IMG/VR virus record: IMGVR_UViG_3300048629_000034
Span: 32,001-96,000 of that record
Strand: one strand, 5' to 3'
Origin: a virus
Taxonomy: Duplodnaviria > Caudoviricetes
Length of the DNA stretch: 64,000 nucleotides
The first letter of the stretch is position 1. The number at the start of each line of letters is the position of its first letter. A model generated the notes under the pieces. The model was not told where the DNA came from. It saw only the letters and a program-made list of their open reading frames with translations, and searched no databases. Both the position numbers and the translations under genes were made by a program. Shown piece after piece: positions 9,997 through 19,803 of this stretch.

Positions 9997-10252
9997 CTCC
10001 TGACATAGTAAACTCTACACCATTCACTCTAAGCTCGTCTCCTCCACTTAGGAATATTTTAGTGCTTAGGAATATCGTCTCGTTTGGTTCTATTTGCATA
10101 TTCATCAGCTGGCTTCTTTGCATACCATTCTTGTCATATATATAAGCCTGAGCATATTTAGTTATCTGTTCTGAATTGAACATAGTCATCCCAACTATAG
10201 CTATCGATATAGTATCTGAAGATACTACATTTTCAGTATATGTTTTTATCAT
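9980..10252 (-). CDS. Small putative virion protein
   Basis: 90 aa; IEPNETI...KIFLSGGDELRV beta-sandwich pattern. Confidence 0.5.
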   Translation of the reverse strand: MIKTYTENVVSSDTISIAIVGMTMFNSEQITKYAQAYIYDKNGMQRSQLMNMQIEPNETIFLSTKIFLSGGDELRVNGVEFTMSGDESAI

Positions 10253-10257
10253 TTTAT

Positions 10258-10545
10258 CTATCCTCCGAATACCATAGCATTTTTCTTAGCTATATTATTT
10301 GCATCTTCAAATGTTGTATAGTTTTCTTTAATGTATTTTATATCACCGTTAACTACATTAGCAGCGTTTAATATATCGTTAGTAGCTACGGCTTCATTTG
10401 CACTTATGAAGTTATCTACAGCTTCCGGAGTTGGAGTATATATCTTATTTTCAACTATTTTATTTATTTCAATCCCCTCTGATATGTTGGCTCTTAATCT
10501 AGCAGTATCTGCTGTTGATAATCTAATGCTTTGGTTCGCCATCAA
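10258..10545 (-). CDS. Small putative virion protein
   Basis: 95 aa ending AMVFGG; AGGAG RBS. Confidence 0.5.
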   Translation of the reverse strand: MMANQSIRLSTADTARLRANISEGIEINKIVENKIYTPTPEAVDNFISANEAVATNDILNAANVVNGDIKYIKENYTTFEDANNIAKKNAMVFGG

Positions 10546-10552
10546 TTAGCTC

Positions 10553-10900
10553 CTATGCTATATTTGTTATTGTATCTGATATAGTTACAGAACCAACTGC
10601 TATCACATCTATTTTACCGTCAGCTTTATTTTTAATCTTTAGATCAAACTCTCCAGATTTAAACGGAAGCATTGATGTAACTGTTGGTTCTAGCGTAAGT
10701 AGTATCACACCATTTGATGCCATTGCTTCATTGTCTAGGTATTGAGTAAATGATACTCTTTCTCCATTTTTAGCTATTACATCTAAATAGCAATCGAATG
10801 CAGACGAATCGACAACACTAGATGTATTATCTAGTACATAGAATGTATGTTGATATGTTGTTCCTCTAAGTATATCTATCTTTTCATCTAATATAATCAT
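10553..10900 (-). CDS. BppU-like fibre attachment domain protein
   Basis: IxRGTTY...GVILLTLEPTVT...FDLKI...GSVTI pattern. Confidence 0.55.
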   Translation of the reverse strand: MIILDEKIDILRGTTYQHTFYVLDNTSSVVDSSAFDCYLDVIAKNGERVSFTQYLDNEAMASNGVILLTLEPTVTSMLPFKSGEFDLKIKNKADGKIDVIAVGSVTISDTITNIA

Positions 10901-10919
10901 CGATTATCTCCTGTTATAA

Positions 10920-11225
10920 TTACGCTTCTGCAGCTATAAATGCATCTTCGAAATCTTCGTATGTACCTTGATCTGCACTTGCCTCGGCTTTCTTTGCCCA
11001 ATGCTTAGCACTATATTTTCCTGATTCAACTTCAACATCTTCACCTTCTTCTGCCCACTTAGCAGCCTTTTCTTTGCTAGCTAAAGCACTATCAGCATTC
11101 TTGCTAGCATTTACAACTTTATCAATATTGTCTCTTACTGGCTTATTATCAGTATCCATTTGTACCATATCGGGATATTTATTATTTATTATATCTGCTA
11201 CTAAATTTGAAAAGCTAGAACTCAT
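10920..11225 (-). CDS. Putative virion fibre-associated protein
   Basis: AAKWAE...YSAKHWAKKA motif seen in tail fibres; ends GTYEDFEDAF. Confidence 0.55.
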   Translation of the reverse strand: MSSSFSNLVADIINNKYPDMVQMDTDNKPVRDNIDKVVNASKNADSALASKEKAAKWAEEGEDVEVESGKYSAKHWAKKAEASADQGTYEDFEDAFIAAEA

Positions 11226-11689
11226 GTATTATTTCCTTGATTGTTATTGTCACATTCATACAGTGCTTCAGAATATGCTTCATCTGTAGTTGAATATTCT
11301 TTGCTATTGTCTACGTTTTGAAGTGCGTCTGTATTGGTTGCTGGCTCAATATATACAGGTACAGTGTTTTCTACGGCCTCATTTAGCAACTCTTCTACCT
11401 TTACACACCAACCAAATCCTGTAGGATTATCGCAATACCTCATATATTCATATATGTATTTTAAGTCAGCACTACCTGGTTGAGCACACAGTAAATCACC
11501 ACTCATGTATGAATCCAATTTTCGTAACCAATTGATATCAATTACATGCTCTATGCCATTGATTGTTCTGATCTCTTTATATGGTATATTTGAACCAACA
11601 ATTGACTGAGCAGCAATTACTCTATTGTCAGAGTTTGGTTCTGATTGTATTTGCGATAGTATGCCTACAGCATTATTTAGCATTAGCAT
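11222..11689 (-). CDS. Hypothetical protein (structural operon)
   Basis: 155-aa ORF overlapping both neighbours. Confidence 0.5.
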   Translation of the reverse strand: MLMLNNAVGILSQIQSEPNSDNRVIAAQSIVGSNIPYKEIRTINGIEHVIDINWLRKLDSYMSGDLLCAQPGSADLKYIYEYMRYCDNPTGFGWCVKVEELLNEAVENTVPVYIEPATNTDALQNVDNSKEYSTTDEAYSEALYECDNNNQGNNT

Positions 11690-12092
11690 TCTCCATTGTA
11701 GTTCCTTTTGTTGTCTTCAGGAATCTATCAACTTTCTTTTCATATTCAAATATGATTTTGTCTGCTTCTTGCTTGTAGTATGGCTTCATTTGTTTTTCAC
11801 CCATATAGCTAGCCATTATATTAGCTATAGCAGGAACTAAGTCATTATCTACATCTATTTCATCTGTTTCAAGCTCTGGAAGTTTTGGCATCCTAATGAA
11901 CATATTTCCAATACCTTGTCTAACTATTGGCTCATCTATGTCTGGAGTAAGTAATTTTAATGCTGTACACTTTGATGCTAAATCACACATAGCCATCTCT
12001 AACCCAGCTAAGAATACATCATCATCTCTAGGAAGCACGACATCACCTGTAAGTAGAATCTTAATCGCAGATTTTAATCTTTTAAGTGTCAT
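11673..12092 (-). CDS. Putative head-tail adaptor
   Basis: Helical 139-aa protein directly downstream of terminase; assignment mainly positional. Confidence 0.4.
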   Translation of the reverse strand: MTLKRLKSAIKILLTGDVVLPRDDDVFLAGLEMAMCDLASKCTALKLLTPDIDEPIVRQGIGNMFIRMPKLPELETDEIDVDNDLVPAIANIMASYMGEKQMKPYYKQEADKIIFEYEKKVDRFLKTTKGTTMENANAK

Positions 12093-12149
12093 ATTATGCT
12101 TCCTTTATATTATTTTATCAAGTATACCTAACGGTTTCTTATCTGCTAC

Positions 12150-15100
12150 TTAAACATAGCTTGAGAATGCGTTGGTTCTATTTCCTATACTTTTTCTTCT
12201 GTTCGCAAACAGTCTCATGCCTCCAGATGCCTGTGTCCCTACATTATGACCAGCATTTTTTGACATCTCTTGACCTGTCATGCCGCTCATTGGGTAGTTT
12301 ATTTGCATCATAGCTATTTGACTAATCAAATCTGGCCCATCATCATGTCTAGAATTATGAACTATGCATCCGTTAACTACAAAGTTGCTGTAACCAGGAA
12401 CCTCTATATCGTAGACAGGCTCATTCTTTCCTGTGTTTTTTATTTCTTCTATAGAAACTAGATCTGCATTCGACAGAGCAATATTTTTGTCGAATAGTAT
12501 GTCCCATAAATTTTTTTCCACATTCTCTACATTCGCATTCGAATTTAATTGTTTTTCTAGCTTCGTCAATACATATTTTTCCGCAATATTTAGTTTTGTT
12601 TGAAACTGGTGAGACAAATTTCTTTCCGCAATTCTTGCACTCTCTTTCTTCTGACCTAAGTAATCTTTTTTTCTCATTATGTATTTTTGTACATTTTGGA
12701 TTGTTGCATAAAATTTGGTTATGGCTTTGTTGCATAACCTCATTTGAACAGATACTACACTTGATAACTTGAAGCGGTTTATAATCGATATTGAATCTAA
12801 GTTTCTTTGCTTTACTTCGACACGATTCTCCGCAATATTTTGCATCGTTTCTTGAGTTTTTGTGCATAATAAACTCTGTTCCGCACCATTTACATATTCT
12901 GTTGATCTTTCTATTCTGTTGTTTTCTTGCAGATGCTTTTTTTCGGTATGATTTGTCTCTGGCATAGAAATGATCATTTGATCCTTTGTGTATTTTTTGA
13001 TGCTCTTGTCTGGTAAGAATGATGAGATTACATGCTTCATTGTTGTCTTTATTTTCGTCAACATGATGCACATCAAACCCTCGCGGGATTGATGTGCCAG
13101 TTTCTCTTTCAAACACTTCTCTGTGTAACCATTTTCTTTTTCCGTTAATATTTCTTGTGGATTGATAGTATCCGTTTGGTTTTTTTCTCCACTTGAATCC
13201 ATATCTTTCATCTTGCATATACTGTTCCTTATCAATACATCCCAATGCCTCAGATCGTCTACTCTTACATAACCTCTTGCTGTCATAACCCTATGACAAC
13301 CCGTAAGCCTCATAATTAGTCCATCTGCGGTAACTAGTTCATATATCTCTTTATTTCCAGTAAATATAGCATTTTTTGGTTTAACATATGCTGAATACGA
13401 CCCATTTGTTGCTAGTACCATATCCTCATTAGTAATATCAGTTATATACTTTTCTCCGTCAATACACTTAACCAAAGTATCAGCAGAGAAACAACCGAAG
13501 CTGTCGTGTTTTATCATCATCAACTGCTCCATAAGTACTTTCATGTCAGGAATATCCTGAAGCTCTCTCGGAAACCATATCTTTCTGTTCTGGAATAATG
13601 GTAGAGTCATTCTGAACCTCCAGTGCTTATTACCACCTTCCAGTCTACTTGTTATCCCCTCAGAGCCAGCTTTACTACCTTTGGCTCTAGCGAATGTGAA
13701 GAATATACCTTTTCTAGGCATTCTCTCTCTAACTGCTTCTAGGTGAGCTCTTTGGTTCCCATCTAATTCTATACCAACTTCTATGTATCTAGCACCAAGT
13801 GAAGTATATAGTTGCGCAAACCTAAATAACTCATCGTATTGATCTTCTATTGTACATTTTCTAAGCGACAAATCCAACATAAAGTGATCCATATTACTAT
13901 TTACAGCCCACACAGCTATACCACTATAATCACCATTTAGATCATTACTTGAAGTAAAATCTGTTGTGATATATATATTGTAATCACTCATTCTTTTTTG
14001 GATATCTACTCTATTGAACCATTGTATGTAGTTCTGCTGTAGCATTTTATCTTCAGATGTACTTGTTCGCAGATAATGCTCTTGCATTAGTTTCTTCATT
14101 GGTTCTGGATTTCCTGCATCTTTGGCTCTTTGTGCTCTTCGATAATCCCTCATACAGTTCGAGAAGCTATGTCTGTCTGGCCATACTGATACAAATTCAT
14201 CCTCTACCATATCTTCTCTTATTGATTCACCTCTAGGGAACACAACTGGAAGCCAAGTACCTTCTTCAATTCTTCTTGTAACGCTATCATTCTTTCCATA
14301 TGGAGTACCAATTATTACTGCGAAGTTTTTATTATTATTTAAACCAGGAAGCACATCGGCTTCAATAGTACTTTCTATGCTTGTCATTATTGATTTACTT
14401 GCTGCAGCCTTCTCGCCCTTTATCAAATCGTCAAATATTGAGGCATCCGGCCTAGCTAGTCCTGACCTAGTTCCTCTAACCCCAGCTTCAGCTCCAACGC
14501 CACCCAATGTGAATGTTCTAAGCATTCTGCCTGGAACAGTATCTTCTGACTTTCCTTGTTTTATTACATGGTCTTCATATGCTCGTAATTCTGACTTTGT
14601 TATTGGCTTTCTAACAAACAATACTTCATTTACATTTAGTTTCCATGACTCGAAGAATTGTTGCATATATGGACTCTCTAGGAATACTTGCTTAATCATC
14701 CCCATTGTGGTTTTTACATTATTCTCCATTGTGTCCCCTACATATAGCATGTAGTTTATTTTTCCGAAACCTGGAAGTTTCCCTTTAATTGCTGCGAACA
14801 TAAATAAATATGTTACAATACTGCTCTTGCTAAATTCCCTGCAAGACAATATTGCTATTCTGTCATTCATTCCAAAGTAATCAATATTACGAACCATAAA
14901 GAATGGCTGAACATTTGGTTGTCTGAATATACAATCAACGAAGAAGTAATGTGGCAAACTATTGCTGTTCTCTGGTTCTCTACCTAGTGCCATACGAATG
15001 AATGCCATAAACTCTATGGCATGGTCACTTGGGATATACCATTTTAACTTTAGATCTATATTATCTAACAACTTATCCATAGTTATTATCTTATCTTCGA

Positions 15101-15212
15101 ATGCTTTCAATACTATTCCATCAGAACCAACCTCCCACTTGTGATGAGGGTCGACTCCATCTGGATATATTGCAGCTACACTATTTGGTAGCTTATCTGC
15201 TGGTATAAGCAT
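12150..15212 (-). CDS. terL: Terminase large subunit, N4 gp68-like, intein-containing (about 640 aa after splicing)
   Basis: YIPSDHAIEFMAFI, Walker A SCREFSKSS, GVRG, Walker B IFDD, IGTP, nuclease YITTDF and C-terminal HDD. Confidence 0.9.
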   Translation of the reverse strand: MLIPADKLPNSVAAIYPDGVDPHHKWEVGSDGIVLKAFEDKIITMDKLLDNIDLKLKWYIPSDHAIEFMAFIRMALGREPENSNSLPHYFFVDCIFRQPNVQPFFMVRNIDYFGMNDRIAILSCREFSKSSIVTYLFMFAAIKGKLPGFGKINYMLYVGDTMENNVKTTMGMIKQVFLESPYMQQFFESWKLNVNEVLFVRKPITKSELRAYEDHVIKQGKSEDTVPGRMLRTFTLGGVGAEAGVRGTRSGLARPDASIFDDLIKGEKAAASKSIMTSIESTIEADVLPGLNNNKNFAVIIGTPYGKNDSVTRRIEEGTWLPVVFPRGESIREDMVEDEFVSVWPDRHSFSNCMRDYRRAQRAKDAGNPEPMKKLMQEHYLRTSTSEDKMLQQNYIQWFNRVDIQKRMSDYNIYITTDFTSSNDLNGDYSGIAVWAVNSNMDHFMLDLSLRKCTIEDQYDELFRFAQLYTSLGARYIEVGIELDGNQRAHLEAVRERMPRKGIFFTFARAKGSKAGSEGITSRLEGGNKHWRFRMTLPLFQNRKIWFPRELQDIPDMKVLMEQLMMIKHDSFGCFSADTLVKCIDGEKYITDITNEDMVLATNGSYSAYVKPKNAIFTGNKEIYELVTADGLIMRLTGCHRVMTARGYVRVDDLRHWDVLIRNSICKMKDMDSSGEKNQTDTINPQEILTEKENGYTEKCLKEKLAHQSREGLMCIMLTKIKTTMKHVISSFLPDKSIKKYTKDQMIISMPETNHTEKKHLQENNRIERSTEYVNGAEQSLLCTKTQETMQNIAENRVEVKQRNLDSISIINRFKLSSVVSVQMRLCNKAITKFYATIQNVQKYIMRKKDYLGQKKESARIAERNLSHQFQTKLNIAEKYVLTKLEKQLNSNANVENVEKNLWDILFDKNIALSNADLVSIEEIKNTGKNEPVYDIEVPGYSNFVVNGCIVHNSRHDDGPDLISQIAMMQINYPMSGMTGQEMSKNAGHNVGTQASGGMRLFANRRKSIGNRTNAFSSYV
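12354..13493 (-). mobile_element. Intein (380 aa) in terL
   Basis: Starts CFSADTLV; block B LRLTGCH-type (MRLTGCHRV); block F/G VYDIEVPGYSNFVVNGCIVHN followed by Ser; inserted just before the catalytic HDD. Confidence 0.92.
12421..13218 (-). CDS. HNH homing endonuclease with four Zn-finger repeats, nested out of frame inside the intein
   Basis: LHREVF...VHHVDENKDNNEACNL...EHQKIH then four CxxC...[Y/L]C repeats; own AAGGA RBS 7 nt before the ATG at 13218. Confidence 0.88.
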   Translation of the reverse strand: MQDERYGFKWRKKPNGYYQSTRNINGKRKWLHREVFERETGTSIPRGFDVHHVDENKDNNEACNLIILTRQEHQKIHKGSNDHFYARDKSYRKKASARKQQNRKINRICKWCGTEFIMHKNSRNDAKYCGESCRSKAKKLRFNIDYKPLQVIKCSICSNEVMQQSHNQILCNNPKCTKIHNEKKRLLRSEERECKNCGKKFVSPVSNKTKYCGKICIDEARKTIKFECECRECGKKFMGHTIRQKYCSVECRSSFYRRNKKHRKE

Positions 15213-15218
15213 TGCTAT

Positions 15219-15989
15219 TTACTCCTGAAACACAAACGTTGGTTCCATATCTATGGCCGCCAATACCGCTGCGTTCTTTGCCATATCGATAGTCTCAATA
15301 TCGTATTCTCCTAGTCCTGCAGTAACATGCTCAAGCACGCTCTCTCCATTGCTGGTTTCACCAACTTTAACTACACACATTCCTGCATTTTTCTCTACAG
15401 TGATACTATCTTTATCTATTCCTAGTTCAGTATGTATTGCTTCAGCTATCTCTTCTAAGCTATCAGTAAGATATCCAATTGATTCAGAAGTTATTCTGTC
15501 TCCTACTCCATACGATACCATTCCATCTTGTCCCCAAGCGTACCATCTATTCTCTTCTTCGTTGAATCCAACAGTAGCTCTCCATGAATGATCATTGGCT
15601 CCCCTGTATCCATTAGTAACTTTAACAGTATAATACAACTCATATGCAAAAGTGATAGGACCTATCATTAATCCATTATATAGAACATCAATCATTACGT
15701 TATCGTAACTAGCACCAAGTCGTCTAGCTTCTCTAGCAACATCTTCAACTGATGTAGCAATAGATAACCTTCTCTCGATAGGCTCACCTTTTTCATCTGC
15801 TCCACATGAGATCACATATTCTAAATCAAATGAACCATCAACTAACTCAGTATCTATCATTTCTGTAATTAAGTCAGTTCTCCATAATTTGTTTAAATCA
15901 TCTACTGTTGTATTGTCTAGTATTGTATCGTCGATTACCTCAGTGTCTATTGTTTGTTTTATTATCTCTAATGTAGTATTCTTGCTCAT
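15219..15989 (-). CDS. Hypothetical acidic protein
   Basis: 256 aa, AGGAG RBS, directly upstream of terL. Confidence 0.6.
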   Translation of the reverse strand: MSKNTTLEIIKQTIDTEVIDDTILDNTTVDDLNKLWRTDLITEMIDTELVDGSFDLEYVISCGADEKGEPIERRLSIATSVEDVAREARRLGASYDNVMIDVLYNGLMIGPITFAYELYYTVKVTNGYRGANDHSWRATVGFNEEENRWYAWGQDGMVSYGVGDRITSESIGYLTDSLEEIAEAIHTELGIDKDSITVEKNAGMCVVKVGETSNGESVLEHVTAGLGEYDIETIDMAKNAAVLAAIDMEPTFVFQE

Positions 15990-16063
15990 CTATTTTCTCC
16001 TTTTGATGATTAGTGTATTTATTTAATTATATTTTACTTTTACTTTGATTAAGTTTAATCAAG

Positions 16064-16309
16064 TTAGTACATCTCCACATATCCGTTTGATCTTACTATT
16101 TTCATATCAGGAAATGTGTCTTGAGCTATATTTACTTTTATTTCTTCCTCTGCATATCTTCGAACCAATGCCATACTGCTAAGATCAATAAACATGGCTA
16201 CTTTTTTACCTATACAAAACCATTTGGCTCCAAGCATTGCTGTTCTGCAGCACTTGTATGCATTATTCTTTTCATCAGCTTCTTTTTTCCATGATGATAG
16301 TATGCCCAT
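16064..16309 (-). CDS. Hypothetical protein
   Basis: 81-aa ORF packed in the operon. Confidence 0.45.
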   Translation of the reverse strand: MGILSSWKKEADEKNNAYKCCRTAMLGAKWFCIGKKVAMFIDLSSMALVRRYAEEEIKVNIAQDTFPDMKIVRSNGYVEMY

Positions 16310-16313
16310 ATAG

Positions 16314-16679
16314 CTACACTCTTGATTCTGTGTCTATTTGGATCATTTTCTTGATATTATTCATTCTCTCTTTAGCCATTCCTATGTGCATGTAATGATA
16401 TGCTAACTCGTTGAAGTTGTTCCAATCATCCTCAGTTGTCTTTTGTCTATATGACTTTTTGTATGTACAATGCAGATGCCTATGACAATCCCAGCATACA
16501 ACTACTGCATTATCTTGACAGTATCGTAACTCTGGATGCGTACTTCCATCAGCTTTATGGTGCACTTGTAGATTGCCAGTATCTCCACATATTGAACATA
16601 CCTTTTGGATCAATAATGCATCTCTTCTCCAATTTCTATATTCCTTAGTCTTTCTCCATTTAGCTGTACCTTTATCCAT
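16314..16679 (-). CDS. HNH endonuclease
   Basis: EYRNWRR, CSICG, LQVHH, N...CWDCH. Confidence 0.8.
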   Translation of the reverse strand: MDKGTAKWRKTKEYRNWRRDALLIQKVCSICGDTGNLQVHHKADGSTHPELRYCQDNAVVVCWDCHRHLHCTYKKSYRQKTTEDDWNNFNELAYHYMHIGMAKERMNNIKKMIQIDTESRV

Positions 16680-16681
16680 GA

Positions 16682-16912
16682 CTATTTATCCTTATCCATT
16701 CCACGGAGCATCTTACTTGTGCATGACTGACATATATTTACTCTCTTGATTACATCACGATGAAGTAACTTTAGTATATACTTTTTAACTAATCTCTTTA
16801 CCCATCTGGATCCAGAGAATGTCATGCGAGTCTTAACTTCCTCTAGGTTTACTCTCATATCAAACGAGTTGAACTCAGTGTTTGTTTTGTTGCATCTATC
16901 GCATATAATCAT
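16682..16912 (-). CDS. Small Zn-ribbon protein
   Basis: CDRC and CQSC pairs. Confidence 0.5.
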   Translation of the reverse strand: MIICDRCNKTNTEFNSFDMRVNLEEVKTRMTFSGSRWVKRLVKKYILKLLHRDVIKRVNICQSCTSKMLRGMDKDK

Positions 16913-17175
16913 ATTATTCCTTTACTTTTTGCAGACCTTCTGATGGCAGCATAGCTATCAGCGTATCTATATTTATCATTGCCATGTATCATTCTATCCA
17001 TGTTATGTATATAATCTCTTATATCATCAGAATTAATAAGTCTATTTACTAGTGCTAGCTCAGTAGCTTCTTCCCACATTATGATGAGTTTTTTCCTTGC
17101 AGAAATAACTTGTTCTTTTCTTATCTGCTCTCTTACTAAGTCATCTACATCTGACTGATCTAGAAAGTCAGCCAT
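16909..17175 (-). CDS. Hypothetical protein
   Basis: 88 aa; starts MADFLDQSDVDDLV. Confidence 0.5.
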   Translation of the reverse strand: MADFLDQSDVDDLVREQIRKEQVISARKKLIIMWEEATELALVNRLINSDDIRDYIHNMDRMIHGNDKYRYADSYAAIRRSAKSKGII

Positions 17176-17184
17176 TAATTATCT

Positions 17185-18045
17185 CTATGTATTGTAGTAC
17201 TCATCATCATCTATTTCTAGCACATCTGCATCTTGTATCTCTTCGATATCAGCTTTCTCTTTTTTGTAGTGTATCTTCTGAGCATCAGCTATATTTCCAC
17301 CGGAACCAAATGCAGCCTTTTGATTAGCAATTATGCTAGCCATATTATCATTCATCTTTTGGTATTGCTCCATCATTTTATCACTGTATCCAACCTCTAA
17401 TTGGATCTGCTTGCTTTCGATCTCATCAGGAGCTTTTGTCATATCATACAAGTTTTTAGCTGCTAACATTTCAACCGTAGGACTAACAGCTTTTCCTGTA
17501 GCACTTATACCGTTAGCCAGCTCATATGACTTTTGTATCGCCCACTCATTATAATGAGCAAACTTTATACTTGTATGCACTGCTCTTTGTGCTCTAATGT
17601 CCTTCATTAGCTGTCTATTATTATATCTGCTTACATGAACATCGTATGGAGTTTTTGTTATCCCAGCAGCTAAGTCATCATGAATCTTTTTTGTCTTAGC
17701 TGGGAATACAACTTCGAATGCCTTGACGTTTGGCATAGTATCACATAATATACAGTATTTTAATGCATTAAGAAAATATTCAATATCGTGCGACTGTCCT
17801 ATTTTACCCATTAGTCCTGAGTGCGATAATAGTTGCTCTTCGAAATCTTCAACATCAATTCCACATTGAGCTTGTGAGTTTTTAATTATATCTACAACTT
17901 CGTCAGTAACCATATGTAGCATATTCTTAGGTACGAACTTCTTTAGCTTTTCTATCGTTATACTATTAGCAGCTATCTTAGCCTCACGCTCTTTATCTAT
18001 TCTTGTCTTTTGTATCTCGGTAACTTGTTTCATATTTGGAACCAA
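17185..18045 (-). CDS. N4 gp69-like protein (putative terminase small subunit)
   Basis: TIEKLKKFVP...VTDEVVD, YFLNALKY, AFEVVFP, VSRYNNRQL, AAKNL pattern matches N4-like gp69; upstream of terL. Confidence 0.65.
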   Translation of the reverse strand: MVPNMKQVTEIQKTRIDKEREAKIAANSITIEKLKKFVPKNMLHMVTDEVVDIIKNSQAQCGIDVEDFEEQLLSHSGLMGKIGQSHDIEYFLNALKYCILCDTMPNVKAFEVVFPAKTKKIHDDLAAGITKTPYDVHVSRYNNRQLMKDIRAQRAVHTSIKFAHYNEWAIQKSYELANGISATGKAVSPTVEMLAAKNLYDMTKAPDEIESKQIQLEVGYSDKMMEQYQKMNDNMASIIANQKAAFGSGGNIADAQKIHYKKEKADIEEIQDADVLEIDDDEYYNT

Positions 18046-18207
18046 CTATCTCCTAGTCTTTATTTATTTTAGTATATCTAATTGCATATTATTTTTTTAT
18101 TATATATTTTCATTTCTTTAATATCATATGCGGTTCTAGTCCATAGCGTTGCCAACCGCTTCGCTAGGCAACTTGGAATCACCACGTGTTGTGAGAGAGG
18201 AACTTGT

Positions 18208-18720
18208 TTATTTGAACGCCAGAGTTTTAGCAGCTCTTTGCATTAGCAATTCCACATTATCAACCACAGGCTCAGGTTCCGGCTCGTAGTCTGCATATTT
18301 ATCGAGTAACTTTTCGTACTCTTCAATCAATCGCTCTTCGCTATTTACATAGAAGAACTCGGTATGCCCACTTATTTTGTCATCCATCATCACAGAACCA
18401 GATAACAATAACTGATGCATTTCCTTCTCTATCTTGCGGAAGCCTTTCGACATCCTATATCGCTTCACACTAGTCCTTGGTATATATCTCCAATGGTTGA
18501 ACATCGACATCACAACCTCAGATAATCTGTGCTGTACCTTACGACTCGTTATCCCCACCTTATATATCGTAGTTGAACCAACACTATTACCATCAGCATC
18601 TTTCTCCAGTATTATATCGTGGAATTTATCTCCGCCCATATCTATGCAGATATCGTGTTGGATCTCAAACTTCATAATATATATAATCTGGTTTTTTGCT
18701 GATAACTTCTCTTTATTCAT
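18208..18720 (-). CDS. T5orf172/MUG113-family (GIY-YIG superfamily) protein
   Basis: IYIM, YKVGITSR...RL, IEKEMH, GHTEFF. Confidence 0.75.
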   Translation of the reverse strand: MNKEKLSAKNQIIYIMKFEIQHDICIDMGGDKFHDIILEKDADGNSVGSTTIYKVGITSRKVQHRLSEVVMSMFNHWRYIPRTSVKRYRMSKGFRKIEKEMHQLLLSGSVMMDDKISGHTEFFYVNSEERLIEEYEKLLDKYADYEPEPEPVVDNVELLMQRAAKTLAFK

Positions 18721-18723
18721 ATT

Positions 18724-19425
18724 CTAGAATCTTTTTTCGTATCCAAGTTTTATTCCATACTGAGGCTTGTCTCGACCTTGAGTAGTTGAATAATAACCAG
18801 AAGCATCGAAGCCTCCGTTCTTATATGAACCACCTATTTCATTTTTCTTATTTCCACCTGGGTCTCTGTCGACATCTGCATACATATTGTAACTGACAGG
18901 CGTTCCGTCTGGAAGGTTATATTTATCTCCATACGATACTCTTCCTCCGTAAGCAGCACGCCCTGCGGAATCTGGTCTCATGTATCTTGTATCAACTTTG
19001 ATATTGCCGAACTTATCTCCAGCATGAGCAATCGTCATATCGCCGTCATATCCTCTATCGTTAGTCATCTTTCTTCCGACATTAGCATATGCAGAACCAG
19101 ACAATGGAGCATTAGCCTGAACATATAAATCAAGTGCCCGTGATACATCACCACCTTGTTCCAATTCTGGCTCAATGTATTGGATCTCGTTCTTTGGTCC
19201 ATCGTATCCAGCTTCAACTGCAGCAAGATAATTAGCCGTATCTTGAGCTACAGCTTCATTATATTGTTCTATCGCAGTTTGAGATGCTATTCTATTTCTG
19301 TCTCTAGCCGTAAGTTCTCCTTTTAACTTACCTAAATCTAATCCAGTGTCATACTGAAATATACCGTTTCTGCTTTTGTCTTTTGTTCTGATTTGCTTCC
19401 GCTTTTTATCTACATATACCGACAT
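18724..19425 (-). CDS. Hypothetical protein with beta-barrel-like C-terminal half
   Basis: Gly/Tyr-rich alternating strands ending YGIKLGYEKRF; no signal peptide. Confidence 0.55.
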   Translation of the reverse strand: MSVYVDKKRKQIRTKDKSRNGIFQYDTGLDLGKLKGELTARDRNRIASQTAIEQYNEAVAQDTANYLAAVEAGYDGPKNEIQYIEPELEQGGDVSRALDLYVQANAPLSGSAYANVGRKMTNDRGYDGDMTIAHAGDKFGNIKVDTRYMRPDSAGRAAYGGRVSYGDKYNLPDGTPVSYNMYADVDRDPGGNKKNEIGGSYKNGGFDASGYYSTTQGRDKPQYGIKLGYEKRF

Positions 19426-19800
19426 ATAATATCCTTATCTTCATAGAACCAATTATACCTTACCGATATCAATTTGTCAACCTTATATCTAGTCCGACCA
19501 TATTTGGCTCTGACGGTATTATAATATTTTGGAGATGTTGTGGTATGGATTAGTCCTGTTATCGTCTTGGTGCCCCCGGGTGTGATCATGGGGAGGTGAT
19601 GTTGGGTTGTTTTATTGGAGGGGGAGGTTGAGGGAAAACCATATTTTGGAAATTTGTAGCATGTATGAAAATGTGATGTTCCCCATATACGGAAGCTCGC
19701 AATCGAAACATACCCCGCCCTATCAATTCAAATTCTAATAACGATACTTATATTTCTAGCAGAGTTACTTTCTCTCGGAAATAATCTTCTCCATATACTT
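19426..19800. other. Divergent late/early junction, probable genome terminus or terminal-repeat region
   Basis: Strand switch; G/C homopolymer tracts (GCCCCCGGG, GGAGGGGGAGG, ACCCCGCCC); matches the N4 gene order with the ends joined. Confidence 0.55.
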
Positions 19801-19803
19801 TGT

